A stretch of 64,000 nucleotides of DNA from Promethearchaeota archaeon (lineage in GTDB: Archaea; Asgardarchaeota; Lokiarchaeia; Sigyniarchaeales; SOKP01): contig JAEOTZ010000023.1 of NCBI GenBank assembly GCA_016839585.1, forward strand, positions 1-64,000, in the 5' to 3' direction. Under the pieces are notes generated by a model, which searched no databases, was not told where the DNA came from, and saw nothing but the letters and a program-made list of their open reading frames with translations. Shown in pieces: positions 1 to 8,498 of the stretch. The translations under genes were made by a program, and so were the position numbers. Each line of letters opens with the position of its first letter. The first letter of the stretch is position 1.

Positions 1-455
1 ATGAAAATCAAAAATAAAGACCAAAAATCCCAGACACCAAAGAAAATAGCAATTAAGACGATCATAACAGAACTAGAAAATGCATACTCAAACCATCGTA
101 CTTTATTAATTCCACGTTTCAAGTTTCGAATATAGCTCTTATTAAGTGGATAAGCGATTAATAAATGGGCTATAGCAGACATTAGTAAAAAGGATCCTAC
201 AAACACACCTAAGATTCTAAATGTAAAGAAAACTTGAGGATTAGGTTCAATAATAAATGGATCCCCTGCAATGAATCTGAGATAAAAAGTGTAGATGGGT
301 CTCGCAAAATCTAAGAAAAATCCAAGGAAAATCATCAGTAATCCTTGTATTAAGTGTAAAATCCCCATGTTACGGTTGAATTTTGTTAAGTATTCAAAGG
401 TGATAGGTGATTCAGGTATTAACCAATCATCACGAGAATTATTATTAAATGTCAT
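1..455 (-). CDS. Heliorhodopsin, 5' part (truncated by window edge; missing from ORF track)
   Basis: Manual translation from ATG at 455: MTFNNNSRDDW...LTKFNRNMGILHLIQG...SAIAHLLIAY...GINKVRWFEYAFSSSVMIVLIAIFFG. Contains the HeR TM1 His (LHLIQG), TM2 His and TM3 RWxEYxxSSS motifs. Confidence 0.88.
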   Translation of the reverse strand, partial: MTFNNNSRDDWLIPESPITFEYLTKFNRNMGILHLIQGLLMIFLGFFLDFARPIYTFYLRFIAGDPFIIEPNPQVFFTFRILGVFVGSFLLMSAIAHLLIAYPLNKSYIRNLKRGINKVRWFEYAFSSSVMIVLIAIFFGVWDFWSLFLIF

Positions 456-610
456 AATAAAAAATAACTTATGTTAGGATTTAAACAAAATCTCTAAAAA
501 TTATAAATCTTGTTTTAGTATTTATTTGAAATGATAACAAATCAACTTATTCTTTTAATAAAATATATAAAGTTGAGCAAGATTATTTAATAAAAAATAA
601 ATTCATCCTA

Positions 611-964
611 ATGATAAAAGAGGAGATTTTGTTGTCATTTGAAGAAAAAGTATTAAATATGTTAGAAAAAATAAATGTGAAGCTAGATAAACTTTTGGGA
701 AACGAAAGTTCTGGTAAAAGTGAAATTAAAACCAATACATCATCGGCAATTGAAACGGTAAAACCATCTGAAGTAGTTGAAAAACAAGAAGCTGAAGAGA
801 AGGCAATGGAAAAACCACCAGTAGAAGGGAGAAGGGTATGTCCTGAATGTGGAAGCACGGAATTTCGTACAGAGGAAGATAAAACTCAAGTTCTCTTCCA
901 GCAAGGCGGAATGAAGATATACGCGAAACGCTATATTTGTAAGAAATGTGGATATGAGCTTTAA
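611..964 (+). CDS. Small protein with C-terminal Zn ribbon (CPECG...CKKCG), same module as the gelsolin C-terminus
   Basis: EGRRVCPECG...EDKTQVL...YAKRYICKKCG aligns with the C-terminus of 4688..5713. Confidence 0.8.
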   Translation: MIKEEILLSFEEKVLNMLEKINVKLDKLLGNESSGKSEIKTNTSSAIETVKPSEVVEKQEAEEKAMEKPPVEGRRVCPECGSTEFRTEEDKTQVLFQQGGMKIYAKRYICKKCGYEL

Positions 965-1121
965 ATTTATTTAAATTTAATATCTTTTTTTATATTTTTC
1001 TTGATTAAAAATAACTTAGCTTAAGATTATTTGCTAAAATATAATATTAAAATTAGCAAATAAAAAAAGATTTTAAAATAGGGAAATTAAGTTCTTACTG
1101 GTGTGCTTATAGATTCCTCGA

Positions 1122-2198
1122 ATGAGAATAAAGAAATGGATTCAATACATTAGAAATTTTCTTTTAAATAATTTTACAAACAAAAAGATTCCTTATTCAG
1201 CACAAATTGAGCTGACTTTAAGATGTAATGCTAAATGTCCTTTTTGTTCAATTCATTCTATCCCAGAATCTTATGTAAACAATGATATGAGTACTAAACA
1301 AGTTAAACATTTGATTGATCAAATTGCAGATTTAGGTGTACCAGCATTATCATTTACGGGTGGTGAACCGACATTGCGAAAAGATTTACCTGAACTCATT
1401 TACCATACGGGAATAGTTAATAACTTCATGAATGGTATCGCTACTAATGGATACTTATTACCAAAATTATTTAAAGAATATGGATTAGAAGGATTGGATT
1501 ATATCCTTCTTTCACTTGATTATCCTAAAGCAGAATTACATGATAATAAGCGAGGAATTAGACTATTTGATAAAGTGATTGAATCTATTGAAATTGCTAA
1601 TAAAAGAGACATAAAAGTTATCATTAGTACAGTAGTTATGAAGGATAACTTACGCTACTTAAGAGATATGTGTGAGTTAACAGAAAAATTAAATTGTTCA
1701 ATTGAATTATATCCATGTGAAGATATTATACGAGATTTTCCAAATAAAAGCTTTCAGATTGACGATATTGATGATCTAATTCCAAATGTATCTGTTTGGG
1801 CAAATTTAATCAGAAATTTAAGAACTAAATTCAAAAATATATTAACTGACCCTGTAAGTGTTGAAATTATTGAAAAAGGAGGATTTGGAGGGTTTCCAAA
1901 CTATTATCAAAAACTTTTACGTTGTCATGTAGCGGAAGCTTATTTATTTGTTAGTCATGATGGATTTATAAATTATCCGTGTAAAATACATCCAATAAGA
2001 AGCTTCAATGCTTTAATTCATCCAATAAAAACAATTTATAATTCAACTGAAGTAAGAGAAATAATGAAAAACCATGATAACTATAATTTTTGCCAAAAAT
2101 GTCGTTTAGGTTGTGCCATTGTATCGAGTTTACCAGTTCGCTGGAAAACAGTGTATGCAAAATACATTAAAGGATTTTTAGATGGAAATTTGAGATAA
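1122..2198 (+). CDS. Radical SAM protein with SPASM/Twitch-like C-terminus
   Basis: CNAKCPFC, FTGGEP, IATNG, C-terminal CQKCRLGC. Confidence 0.9.
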   Translation: MRIKKWIQYIRNFLLNNFTNKKIPYSAQIELTLRCNAKCPFCSIHSIPESYVNNDMSTKQVKHLIDQIADLGVPALSFTGGEPTLRKDLPELIYHTGIVNNFMNGIATNGYLLPKLFKEYGLEGLDYILLSLDYPKAELHDNKRGIRLFDKVIESIEIANKRDIKVIISTVVMKDNLRYLRDMCELTEKLNCSIELYPCEDIIRDFPNKSFQIDDIDDLIPNVSVWANLIRNLRTKFKNILTDPVSVEIIEKGGFGGFPNYYQKLLRCHVAEAYLFVSHDGFINYPCKIHPIRSFNALIHPIKTIYNSTEVREIMKNHDNYNFCQKCRLGCAIVSSLPVRWKTVYAKYIKGFLDGNLR

Positions 2199-2311
2199 TT
2201 GATTTATAGTCACATAAAGAACACTTTCAGTTAAATTTTCTTTAACATAAGAAAATAAATAATCAAAAAATTTAATTGAAATTACATTTTTCTTAATATA
2301 GTGATAAAATT

Positions 2312-2926
2312 ATGTCAAATGCCTTAATAATACTCATTATTTTGTTTATAACCATTGGTATGACAATTTTCAGTATGCTTCTTAATAAGATACTGGGTTT
2401 AAAAAAAGAAGAAATGAAAAATATCAGAGAACAGGCATTAAACCTTCGAGAACGTATGAGAAATGCACAAATTTTGGGAGACCCTCAATTATTGATCCAG
2501 ATACAAAGAGAAACTATGCAGTTAACCAGTCAAATGATGAAAAAACAATTAATACCAATGTGTTTAAGATGTTTTATTTTTATAGGAATTTTTACAACTC
2601 TTAGCTTTATATTCACTGATTATGATAGTGGTTTATTACCATTTCCTCTTTGGATTTTCGGTAGTGGTTGGTTTGCTATATATTTTATTTTTTCTATCAC
2701 TTTTTCATTAATGATTTTTGGAATAAAGAAATTGTACAAAAGATTCGTTCAAAAAGAAACTAAATCAAAAAGCTACTTACGAGAGATTATGGGGATTTTA
2801 TCTCCAACTCAACAAACATCTGGAATCTCATACCAACTTTCAGATCCTACACAATCTCAAACGTCACAGGAGACTTCATCTAAAATAGAAGATTCTTGGA
2901 AAGATCGCATCAAAAATTCAAATTAA
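2312..2926 (+). CDS. EMC3/TMCO1/Get1 (DUF106, Oxa1 superfamily) membrane insertase-like protein
   Basis: TM, coiled coil, MMKKQLIPM, TM, LPFPL..GWFAIYF TM architecture. Confidence 0.75.
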   Translation: MSNALIILIILFITIGMTIFSMLLNKILGLKKEEMKNIREQALNLRERMRNAQILGDPQLLIQIQRETMQLTSQMMKKQLIPMCLRCFIFIGIFTTLSFIFTDYDSGLLPFPLWIFGSGWFAIYFIFSITFSLMIFGIKKLYKRFVQKETKSKSYLREIMGILSPTQQTSGISYQLSDPTQSQTSQETSSKIEDSWKDRIKNSN

Positions 2927-3021
2927 ATAATAAGAATTTGATCTAAGTATTAGATCCTAATGCAAAATTCTGCGCTCAATGTGGAATAAAACTAAAATTT
3001 AGTTAAATAGGATGTAATAAA

Positions 3022-3504
3022 ATGGATGATAATAACAATATTAAAAGGCAAATGCTCCTCTACTTTACGTTTGCACTATTAATGATTATATTAAATTATG
3101 CAATTCAAAAAGGCAATCAATTAGTAATTGAACCATTTATTTGTCAAAATTTTGAAGGTAATGAATTCATTGAGACATTTTATTGTTCAACTAATCCATA
3201 TAATATGCCAGAATTAATTGGAAGCATTGTAGCAGTAGGTATTACCTACATTATAAAGTTTTTTCTGGATAAATTTATAGTTTTTAAAAAAACTAAAAAA
3301 GAATTAAAGGAGACTTCAATAGAATTCCTCAAATATTTTGGATTTGCAATACTTACTACGATTGAAAATATTGGAATTCAGTTTTTATTAACAAATTTTA
3401 TGAATACTCCATTAGAGATAAGTTTTATAATCGCGTTATCTATTGGTTATTTTACAAAATTTTTTTTAGATAGAAAATTTGTCTTTAAAAAAATTCAAGA
3501 ATAA
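3022..3504 (+). CDS. GtrA-family membrane protein
   Basis: Two repeats ending KFFLDKFIVF / KFFLDRKFVF; 4 TM. Confidence 0.8.
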   Translation: MDDNNNIKRQMLLYFTFALLMIILNYAIQKGNQLVIEPFICQNFEGNEFIETFYCSTNPYNMPELIGSIVAVGITYIIKFFLDKFIVFKKTKKELKETSIEFLKYFGFAILTTIENIGIQFLLTNFMNTPLEISFIIALSIGYFTKFFLDRKFVFKKIQE

Positions 3505-3539
3505 AAAAATTTAATAGATCGGAAGGTGATTTTAATCAT

Positions 3540-4610
3540 ATGTCAGATGATCATGAAAATCATGAAGAAGAAGAAGATAAATCCATAGTTGATGCGTTAT
3601 CTACATTAGGCTGGGTGGAAGAAAAAGAAGAAGAGGAGGGATCACCTCTAGGAACAGAAGACAATCTCATGGAACAACTTAATCTCTTCATGAATGAAAA
3701 TAAGAAACTAATTGAAGATTTAAATGAAAAAAATAAAACTATAAAAGAATTAAAGACAAACGTACAAGAACTCACCCAAAATATTGAAGATAATGCAACT
3801 CAAGGTCAAGCCATTCAAAAACTTTATGAAACAATTGAAGATAAAAATGATGAGATTGAACTATTAAATATAATTAAAACTGATCAAATAGAAAAAATTA
3901 AAGATTTAAGTAATCAAATTGAAAATATTAACTCTGAACAAACTCAAAATCAGGATTTATTAGAACAACTACAGGAAAAGGAAAATAAAGTTAAAGAATT
4001 AAAAGAACAACTTCACTATCTTGAATCTGATACCATACAAAAGTCTAAGTTTGAAAAAGCTGAAGTTCTTTTAGAAAAAAAAGATGAAATAATAACAGAA
4101 AAAGAAAAAGCTATCTTTGAAATTGAAAATTCGTTAAAATCTGCTAATCAAAAAATTCATGATCTACAACAACAACTTGAAACTTTTTCTTTATTAAAGA
4201 AAGATTTAGAGAAAAAGGATGAACGAATTAAACACTTAGTAGTAGAAATTGAAGAATTGAAACAAAAAAATATAACTAATTCAGAGCTTATAAGTCGTCT
4301 TGAAGGAAGATTAGAAGAAGCTCAACAAAAATCGGGGCATATAACTGGTAAATTTGAAGTAGAATTAGCTCATATGAGGAATATAATTGATGGAAAAGAC
4401 TCAGAAATTAAAGAATTAAAAGAAAAAGCATTTGGGATGGAAAATAAATTAAATGAAACAGAAAAAATAGAGGAAAAATTATTATCTGACATTCAGGAAA
4501 CAAAAGATGACAAATTAAAATTGGAATCTGAATTAGAAAAGAAAGATCACGAATTAGTAGAATTAAAGAAAAAGATTAAACTAATGCGAAGAGATTTAGC
4601 AAAATCTTAA
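3540..4610 (+). CDS. Long coiled-coil protein with acidic N-terminus
   Basis: E/K/L-rich heptads over about 310 aa; SD-like GGAAGGTGA upstream. Confidence 0.8.
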   Translation: MSDDHENHEEEEDKSIVDALSTLGWVEEKEEEEGSPLGTEDNLMEQLNLFMNENKKLIEDLNEKNKTIKELKTNVQELTQNIEDNATQGQAIQKLYETIEDKNDEIELLNIIKTDQIEKIKDLSNQIENINSEQTQNQDLLEQLQEKENKVKELKEQLHYLESDTIQKSKFEKAEVLLEKKDEIITEKEKAIFEIENSLKSANQKIHDLQQQLETFSLLKKDLEKKDERIKHLVVEIEELKQKNITNSELISRLEGRLEEAQQKSGHITGKFEVELAHMRNIIDGKDSEIKELKEKAFGMENKLNETEKIEEKLLSDIQETKDDKLKLESELEKKDHELVELKKKIKLMRRDLAKS

Positions 4611-4687
4611 TCATTCCTAATTTTATTCATTCTTTTTAAAAAAATAAAAAAGGAAAAAGTAAATAAAACCTAATTAAATATAAATTT

Positions 4688-5713
4688 TTATTTTTCTCTC
4701 CACTCTACTCCACACTCGCCGCAGCGGTATTTTTTACCGTACATCCTCGGGTAATCGAGTATTACATTGCTTTTATCAGTACTTTCATGAATTAGATCCT
4801 TATTTTCATTACCACATTCAGGGCATTTTCGGCGACCTTCTATTTTTTCAACAGTTATAATTGACTCATCAACTTTACCCGGTATTCCAGGCGCAGCACC
4901 AGAAGCACTCGGGGGTCTAGGTTTGGAAGCAGCAGCTATATCTGCTTTCAATTCTTCTGGAGTAACCTCTCTTATTTCTGCTTTACGTTCTGGCTGAATT
5001 TCTGCTACTGCTTTATCTGCTGCAGTCTCAGGCTCTAATACAGATTCAGCACGTAATTGAACTGCATCAGATTCTTTATAATCTACTCCTCTTTCTATAG
5101 CTGCTAAGAATTCGGCATCATCCCCTTCTTCATATATTGTTTCATTTTGCAAACCAGCTCGATCAGCATCGATTTCTCTGGCCCATTGACCTGATTTTAC
5201 ACGCTCCTTCACATTGGAGGTCCCTCCATGCCAAATATATACTTTATTACCTAAATCAGCTACAAAACAATCCTCTGATTCTAAAGAATCTTTAGAAAAT
5301 GGAACTTGTATCATTTTCATGGTATTAATACCTTCAAATTCTTCAGATGAGACTCGATATAAAACATTTTTCCACTCTGAGAAACCGGCCCAATCACCGG
5401 TGCTTACATCTTTTAGTAAGGTTTTTGCTATATTTTTTTCTACAATTTTCATTGCCCCCATAGTATTAACTAATTTTAAAAACTCAGAAGTTTCTTGATT
5501 TTGATCCACTGTAATAATTCTAGCTGCTCCACCTCTTTCTTGATCTAATTTGCGAGCTTGAGCAGCTCCTGCAGTTTTCTCATCTACAGAACATTTGCTC
5601 CCGATCCATACGTAAATAGTATGCTCATCATCTAAAAGGTAGGTATCTCCCGTTGAAAACACTGGTTTTTTTACTTCTTTTAGTTCCCCTTTATCAATCA
5701 AATAAAGTTTTAT
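4688..5713 (-). CDS. Two-domain gelsolin with C-terminal Zn ribbon (probable start ATA 5713 rather than TTG 5701)
   Basis: GDTYLLD..IYVWIGS and EDCFVADLGNKVYIWHG gelsolin repeats, low-complexity linker, CPECG...CGECG. AGGTGA SD at 5726-5721. Confidence 0.9.
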   Translation of the reverse strand: MKLYLIDKGELKEVKKPVFSTGDTYLLDDEHTIYVWIGSKCSVDEKTAGAAQARKLDQERGGAARIITVDQNQETSEFLKLVNTMGAMKIVEKNIAKTLLKDVSTGDWAGFSEWKNVLYRVSSEEFEGINTMKMIQVPFSKDSLESEDCFVADLGNKVYIWHGGTSNVKERVKSGQWAREIDADRAGLQNETIYEEGDDAEFLAAIERGVDYKESDAVQLRAESVLEPETAADKAVAEIQPERKAEIREVTPEELKADIAAASKPRPPSASGAAPGIPGKVDESIITVEKIEGRRKCPECGNENKDLIHESTDKSNVILDYPRMYGKKYRCGECGVEWREK

Positions 5714-5827
5714 AATAAATTCACCTTTTAGTTTTTTTTGAAATTTATATACATTATAAAAGAATCCTTATAAAAAGTTTGATAATATTGCTAAAATTTT
5801 ATATATCATTTTTAAGAAAAAAATAGA

Positions 5828-7207
5828 CTAAAATTCATCTAAAGCTAAATTAATTCTTTCAATTAGTTTGGGGATCTCATTAATATCAACAGAGCAATAA
5901 GCAATTCGAATTCCATTTACATTTTCATCTAATTTTTCTATTGGTATAACTCCTACCTTATATTTTTTTAATAAGTGATCAGCGAATTCACCTGCTTTAA
6001 TCTTATCTGGATCTAAATTTACAAATAGAAAGAAACCTCCTGAATTGGGGTCAATTGAAATTTTTGGATTATTTATTCTCGCTAACTCAGAATTTATTTT
6101 TTTATATCTGTCATGTAAGATATTTATTACTTTCTCTCTTGATTTGATGATTTGATGTATACCTTTCTCGTTAAATAATTTTTGAGTTAAACTTTGATAA
6201 AAATGATTACAATTCGAGATTGTAGCTCGAATAAATCCTTCAAATTTATTATCGATCTCTTTTTTTAGAGTTTCTAAATCTTCATCAGTCTCAAACCAAT
6301 TTTCTTTTAATCCAATGGTAATAAATCCGACTCTACCACCATATATTAAGAGTTCTTTAGTTATTCCATCCAATTTAATTGGAATTACATCTTCCTCTAA
6401 TTCATAGAGATCATAAAAAATAGATCTACTTAAAACATCATCAGTATATACATATGGTTCATACGCATCATCTACGAGTATTATTAGGGGTTTTTTAATA
6501 GATACTTGACTCTCTTTTAATAAATTAACAAGGTTCTTACTCTCCTCTTTTGTAGGAACGTATCCAGTAGGATTATTCGGAAAATTAAGTAGAATCAATA
6601 CCTTTTCTTGAGTAGTTCCTACATCATAAATAGCATCTTTCAATCCATCAAGATTGAGATTTTGTTCTTCAAAAAATTCAAAAGACTTAATTCTTGCTCC
6701 AATAAATTTACAAATTATATTGTCATAATTACCCCATCTCTTATTTGGCAAGATTACTTTTTCGTCAGGATTTAAAAATAAAGTGCAACTCTGAAATATA
6801 CCATTAGTGACGCCCGTTGTAATTATTGGAGTTGTTATATATCTTTTTAAATTTTTAATCTTTTCTTTCTCTTTTTCTTCATTATAAAATGATTTTTTGA
6901 TTATCCATTCCTTCCAAATTTCTCTTGTTTCTAGTAACCCACCAATAGAAGGATATGTAACAATATCTTGTATCATTAAATTCGAATATTCAGATATTTC
7001 TTTAAGATAACATGGCATCCAATCAGAACTGCCTCCGTCAATGAAATCTTTCTCAAATCCATAAGCAGAACCTATTGTGCCAATTAATTCTGCTTCATTT
7101 TTTGCCCTTCTTGCCCAATAAAAAATCCCCTCCGGTAAAAAAATCCTTTTTCCAATATCAGAAAACGTTTTATATAAAGGAGTTTTTTGAATGTATTTAA
7201 AGTTCAT
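5828..7207 (-). CDS. Class I/II PLP-dependent aminotransferase
   Basis: NFPNNPTG, DDAY, DGITKE..YGGRVG. Confidence 0.9.
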   Translation of the reverse strand: MNFKYIQKTPLYKTFSDIGKRIFLPEGIFYWARRAKNEAELIGTIGSAYGFEKDFIDGGSSDWMPCYLKEISEYSNLMIQDIVTYPSIGGLLETREIWKEWIIKKSFYNEEKEKEKIKNLKRYITTPIITTGVTNGIFQSCTLFLNPDEKVILPNKRWGNYDNIICKFIGARIKSFEFFEEQNLNLDGLKDAIYDVGTTQEKVLILLNFPNNPTGYVPTKEESKNLVNLLKESQVSIKKPLIILVDDAYEPYVYTDDVLSRSIFYDLYELEEDVIPIKLDGITKELLIYGGRVGFITIGLKENWFETDEDLETLKKEIDNKFEGFIRATISNCNHFYQSLTQKLFNEKGIHQIIKSREKVINILHDRYKKINSELARINNPKISIDPNSGGFFLFVNLDPDKIKAGEFADHLLKKYKVGVIPIEKLDENVNGIRIAYCSVDINEIPKLIERINLALDEF

Positions 7208-7293
7208 ATTTTTTCAAAAGCTTTATAAATTTTTTACTAAAAATTGTCCATAAAATAAATATTTAAGTATATAGAAACACTATATAAAAAATT

Positions 7294-7767
7294 ATGAGTA
7301 AACAAAATATTTCGGAAGATTCTGAAAAGGAGAAACGTAAAGATAGTGCTATAACAAGAGGATGGAATGACTTTATAAATGGAATTAAGAATAACTTTAA
7401 CGACTTTCAACAATCACTCGAAAGCCAATCACAGAAAAATGAAGAATTTTGGAAAAAAAATAAAGATAAAATTAATACATTTTTCACAAATATGAAGCAA
7501 AAAGGGGATAAAAAAATTCAAAAACTTAATTCTGATATTGAGAAAAGTAAGTTAGAAACTAAAGAACAATTGAACGCTTATAAAGAAAAAGTTAAGCAAG
7601 ATTTCAAAAAATGGGAAGAAAAAACACGTGAAGACTGGCAAGAAGGCATCAAATCATTCAGAAAAGGATTTTTCAAAGCTTATTTTTGGGCTCTACTATT
7701 AATACTCCCTATTCTCATAATAATTATTGTAGTATTAGTTATAGTAAATAGATATTTAGGAGGATAA
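7294..7767 (+). CDS. Amphipathic-helical protein with single C-terminal TM (tail-anchored-like)
   Basis: Charged helical repeats followed by WALLLILPILIIIIVVLVIV near the C-terminus. Confidence 0.7.
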   Translation: MSKQNISEDSEKEKRKDSAITRGWNDFINGIKNNFNDFQQSLESQSQKNEEFWKKNKDKINTFFTNMKQKGDKKIQKLNSDIEKSKLETKEQLNAYKEKVKQDFKKWEEKTREDWQEGIKSFRKGFFKAYFWALLLILPILIIIIVVLVIVNRYLGG

Positions 7768-7834
7768 ATCTATTTATTAATCCAAACACCTGTTAGAATA
7801 GAGATTACATCATTGTATCTTATCTTGAAAAATA

Positions 7835-8494
7835 ATGATTGAAATTCTTACAATATCTTTTATAGTCGCTTTAACAGGGGCCTTATCTCCTGGGCCTGTA
7901 TTAACTTTTACAATTTATAAATCTCTAAATAGTGAAAAGGGTTACTTAGCGGGATTTTTTATAGTTTTAGGTCATGCTTCCTTAGAATTTTCTTTGATCC
8001 TTTTATTATTATTGGGTGCTTCTCTCTTTTTCCAAAATTTAGTATTTCTAATAATATTAGGCATTGTAGGAGGAATTTGTTTAGTACTATTTGGAATTCT
8101 GTCCATACGAGATGTCTATAAAAAGCAATATGAGTTAGATTTTAATATATCCAATGAAAATTTAAAGGATTTTAAAGGAAATAGTTTTATTGGAGGTATA
8201 TTTTATTCAATAACTAATCCTTATTGGGAGTTTTGGTGGGCAGTGGTCGGTTTAACAATAATGATTGATTTAAATGTGTCTTTTAAAAACCCAATGGGGC
8301 TTTTACTATTCTTTATTGGACATGAATTAGGAGATTTTGTATGGTACATCCCAATTTCTATATTCGTATATTTTGGGGGTAAATCTTTAAATCCCAAGGT
8401 TTACAAATATGTTTTGATAGCATGCGGAGTATTCATGATAATTTTTGGAATCTACCTATCTATTAATATTATCATTTTTCCTCCTAAAATATGA
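7835..8494 (+). CDS. LysE-family translocator
   Basis: LTGALSPGP, GHASLE, NPYWEFWW. Confidence 0.9.
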   Translation: MIEILTISFIVALTGALSPGPVLTFTIYKSLNSEKGYLAGFFIVLGHASLEFSLILLLLLGASLFFQNLVFLIILGIVGGICLVLFGILSIRDVYKKQYELDFNISNENLKDFKGNSFIGGIFYSITNPYWEFWWAVVGLTIMIDLNVSFKNPMGLLLFFIGHELGDFVWYIPISIFVYFGGKSLNPKVYKYVLIACGVFMIIFGIYLSINIIIFPPKI

Positions 8495-8498
8495 AATC

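Noticed and set aside
295-477. ORF-track 60-aa plus-strand ORF
   Set aside because: Antisense shadow of the heliorhodopsin gene.
2947-3006. Zn-ribbon-like fragment VLDPNAKFCAQCGIKLKFS
   Set aside because: No start and an in-frame stop immediately upstream; probably a decayed remnant, too short to call.
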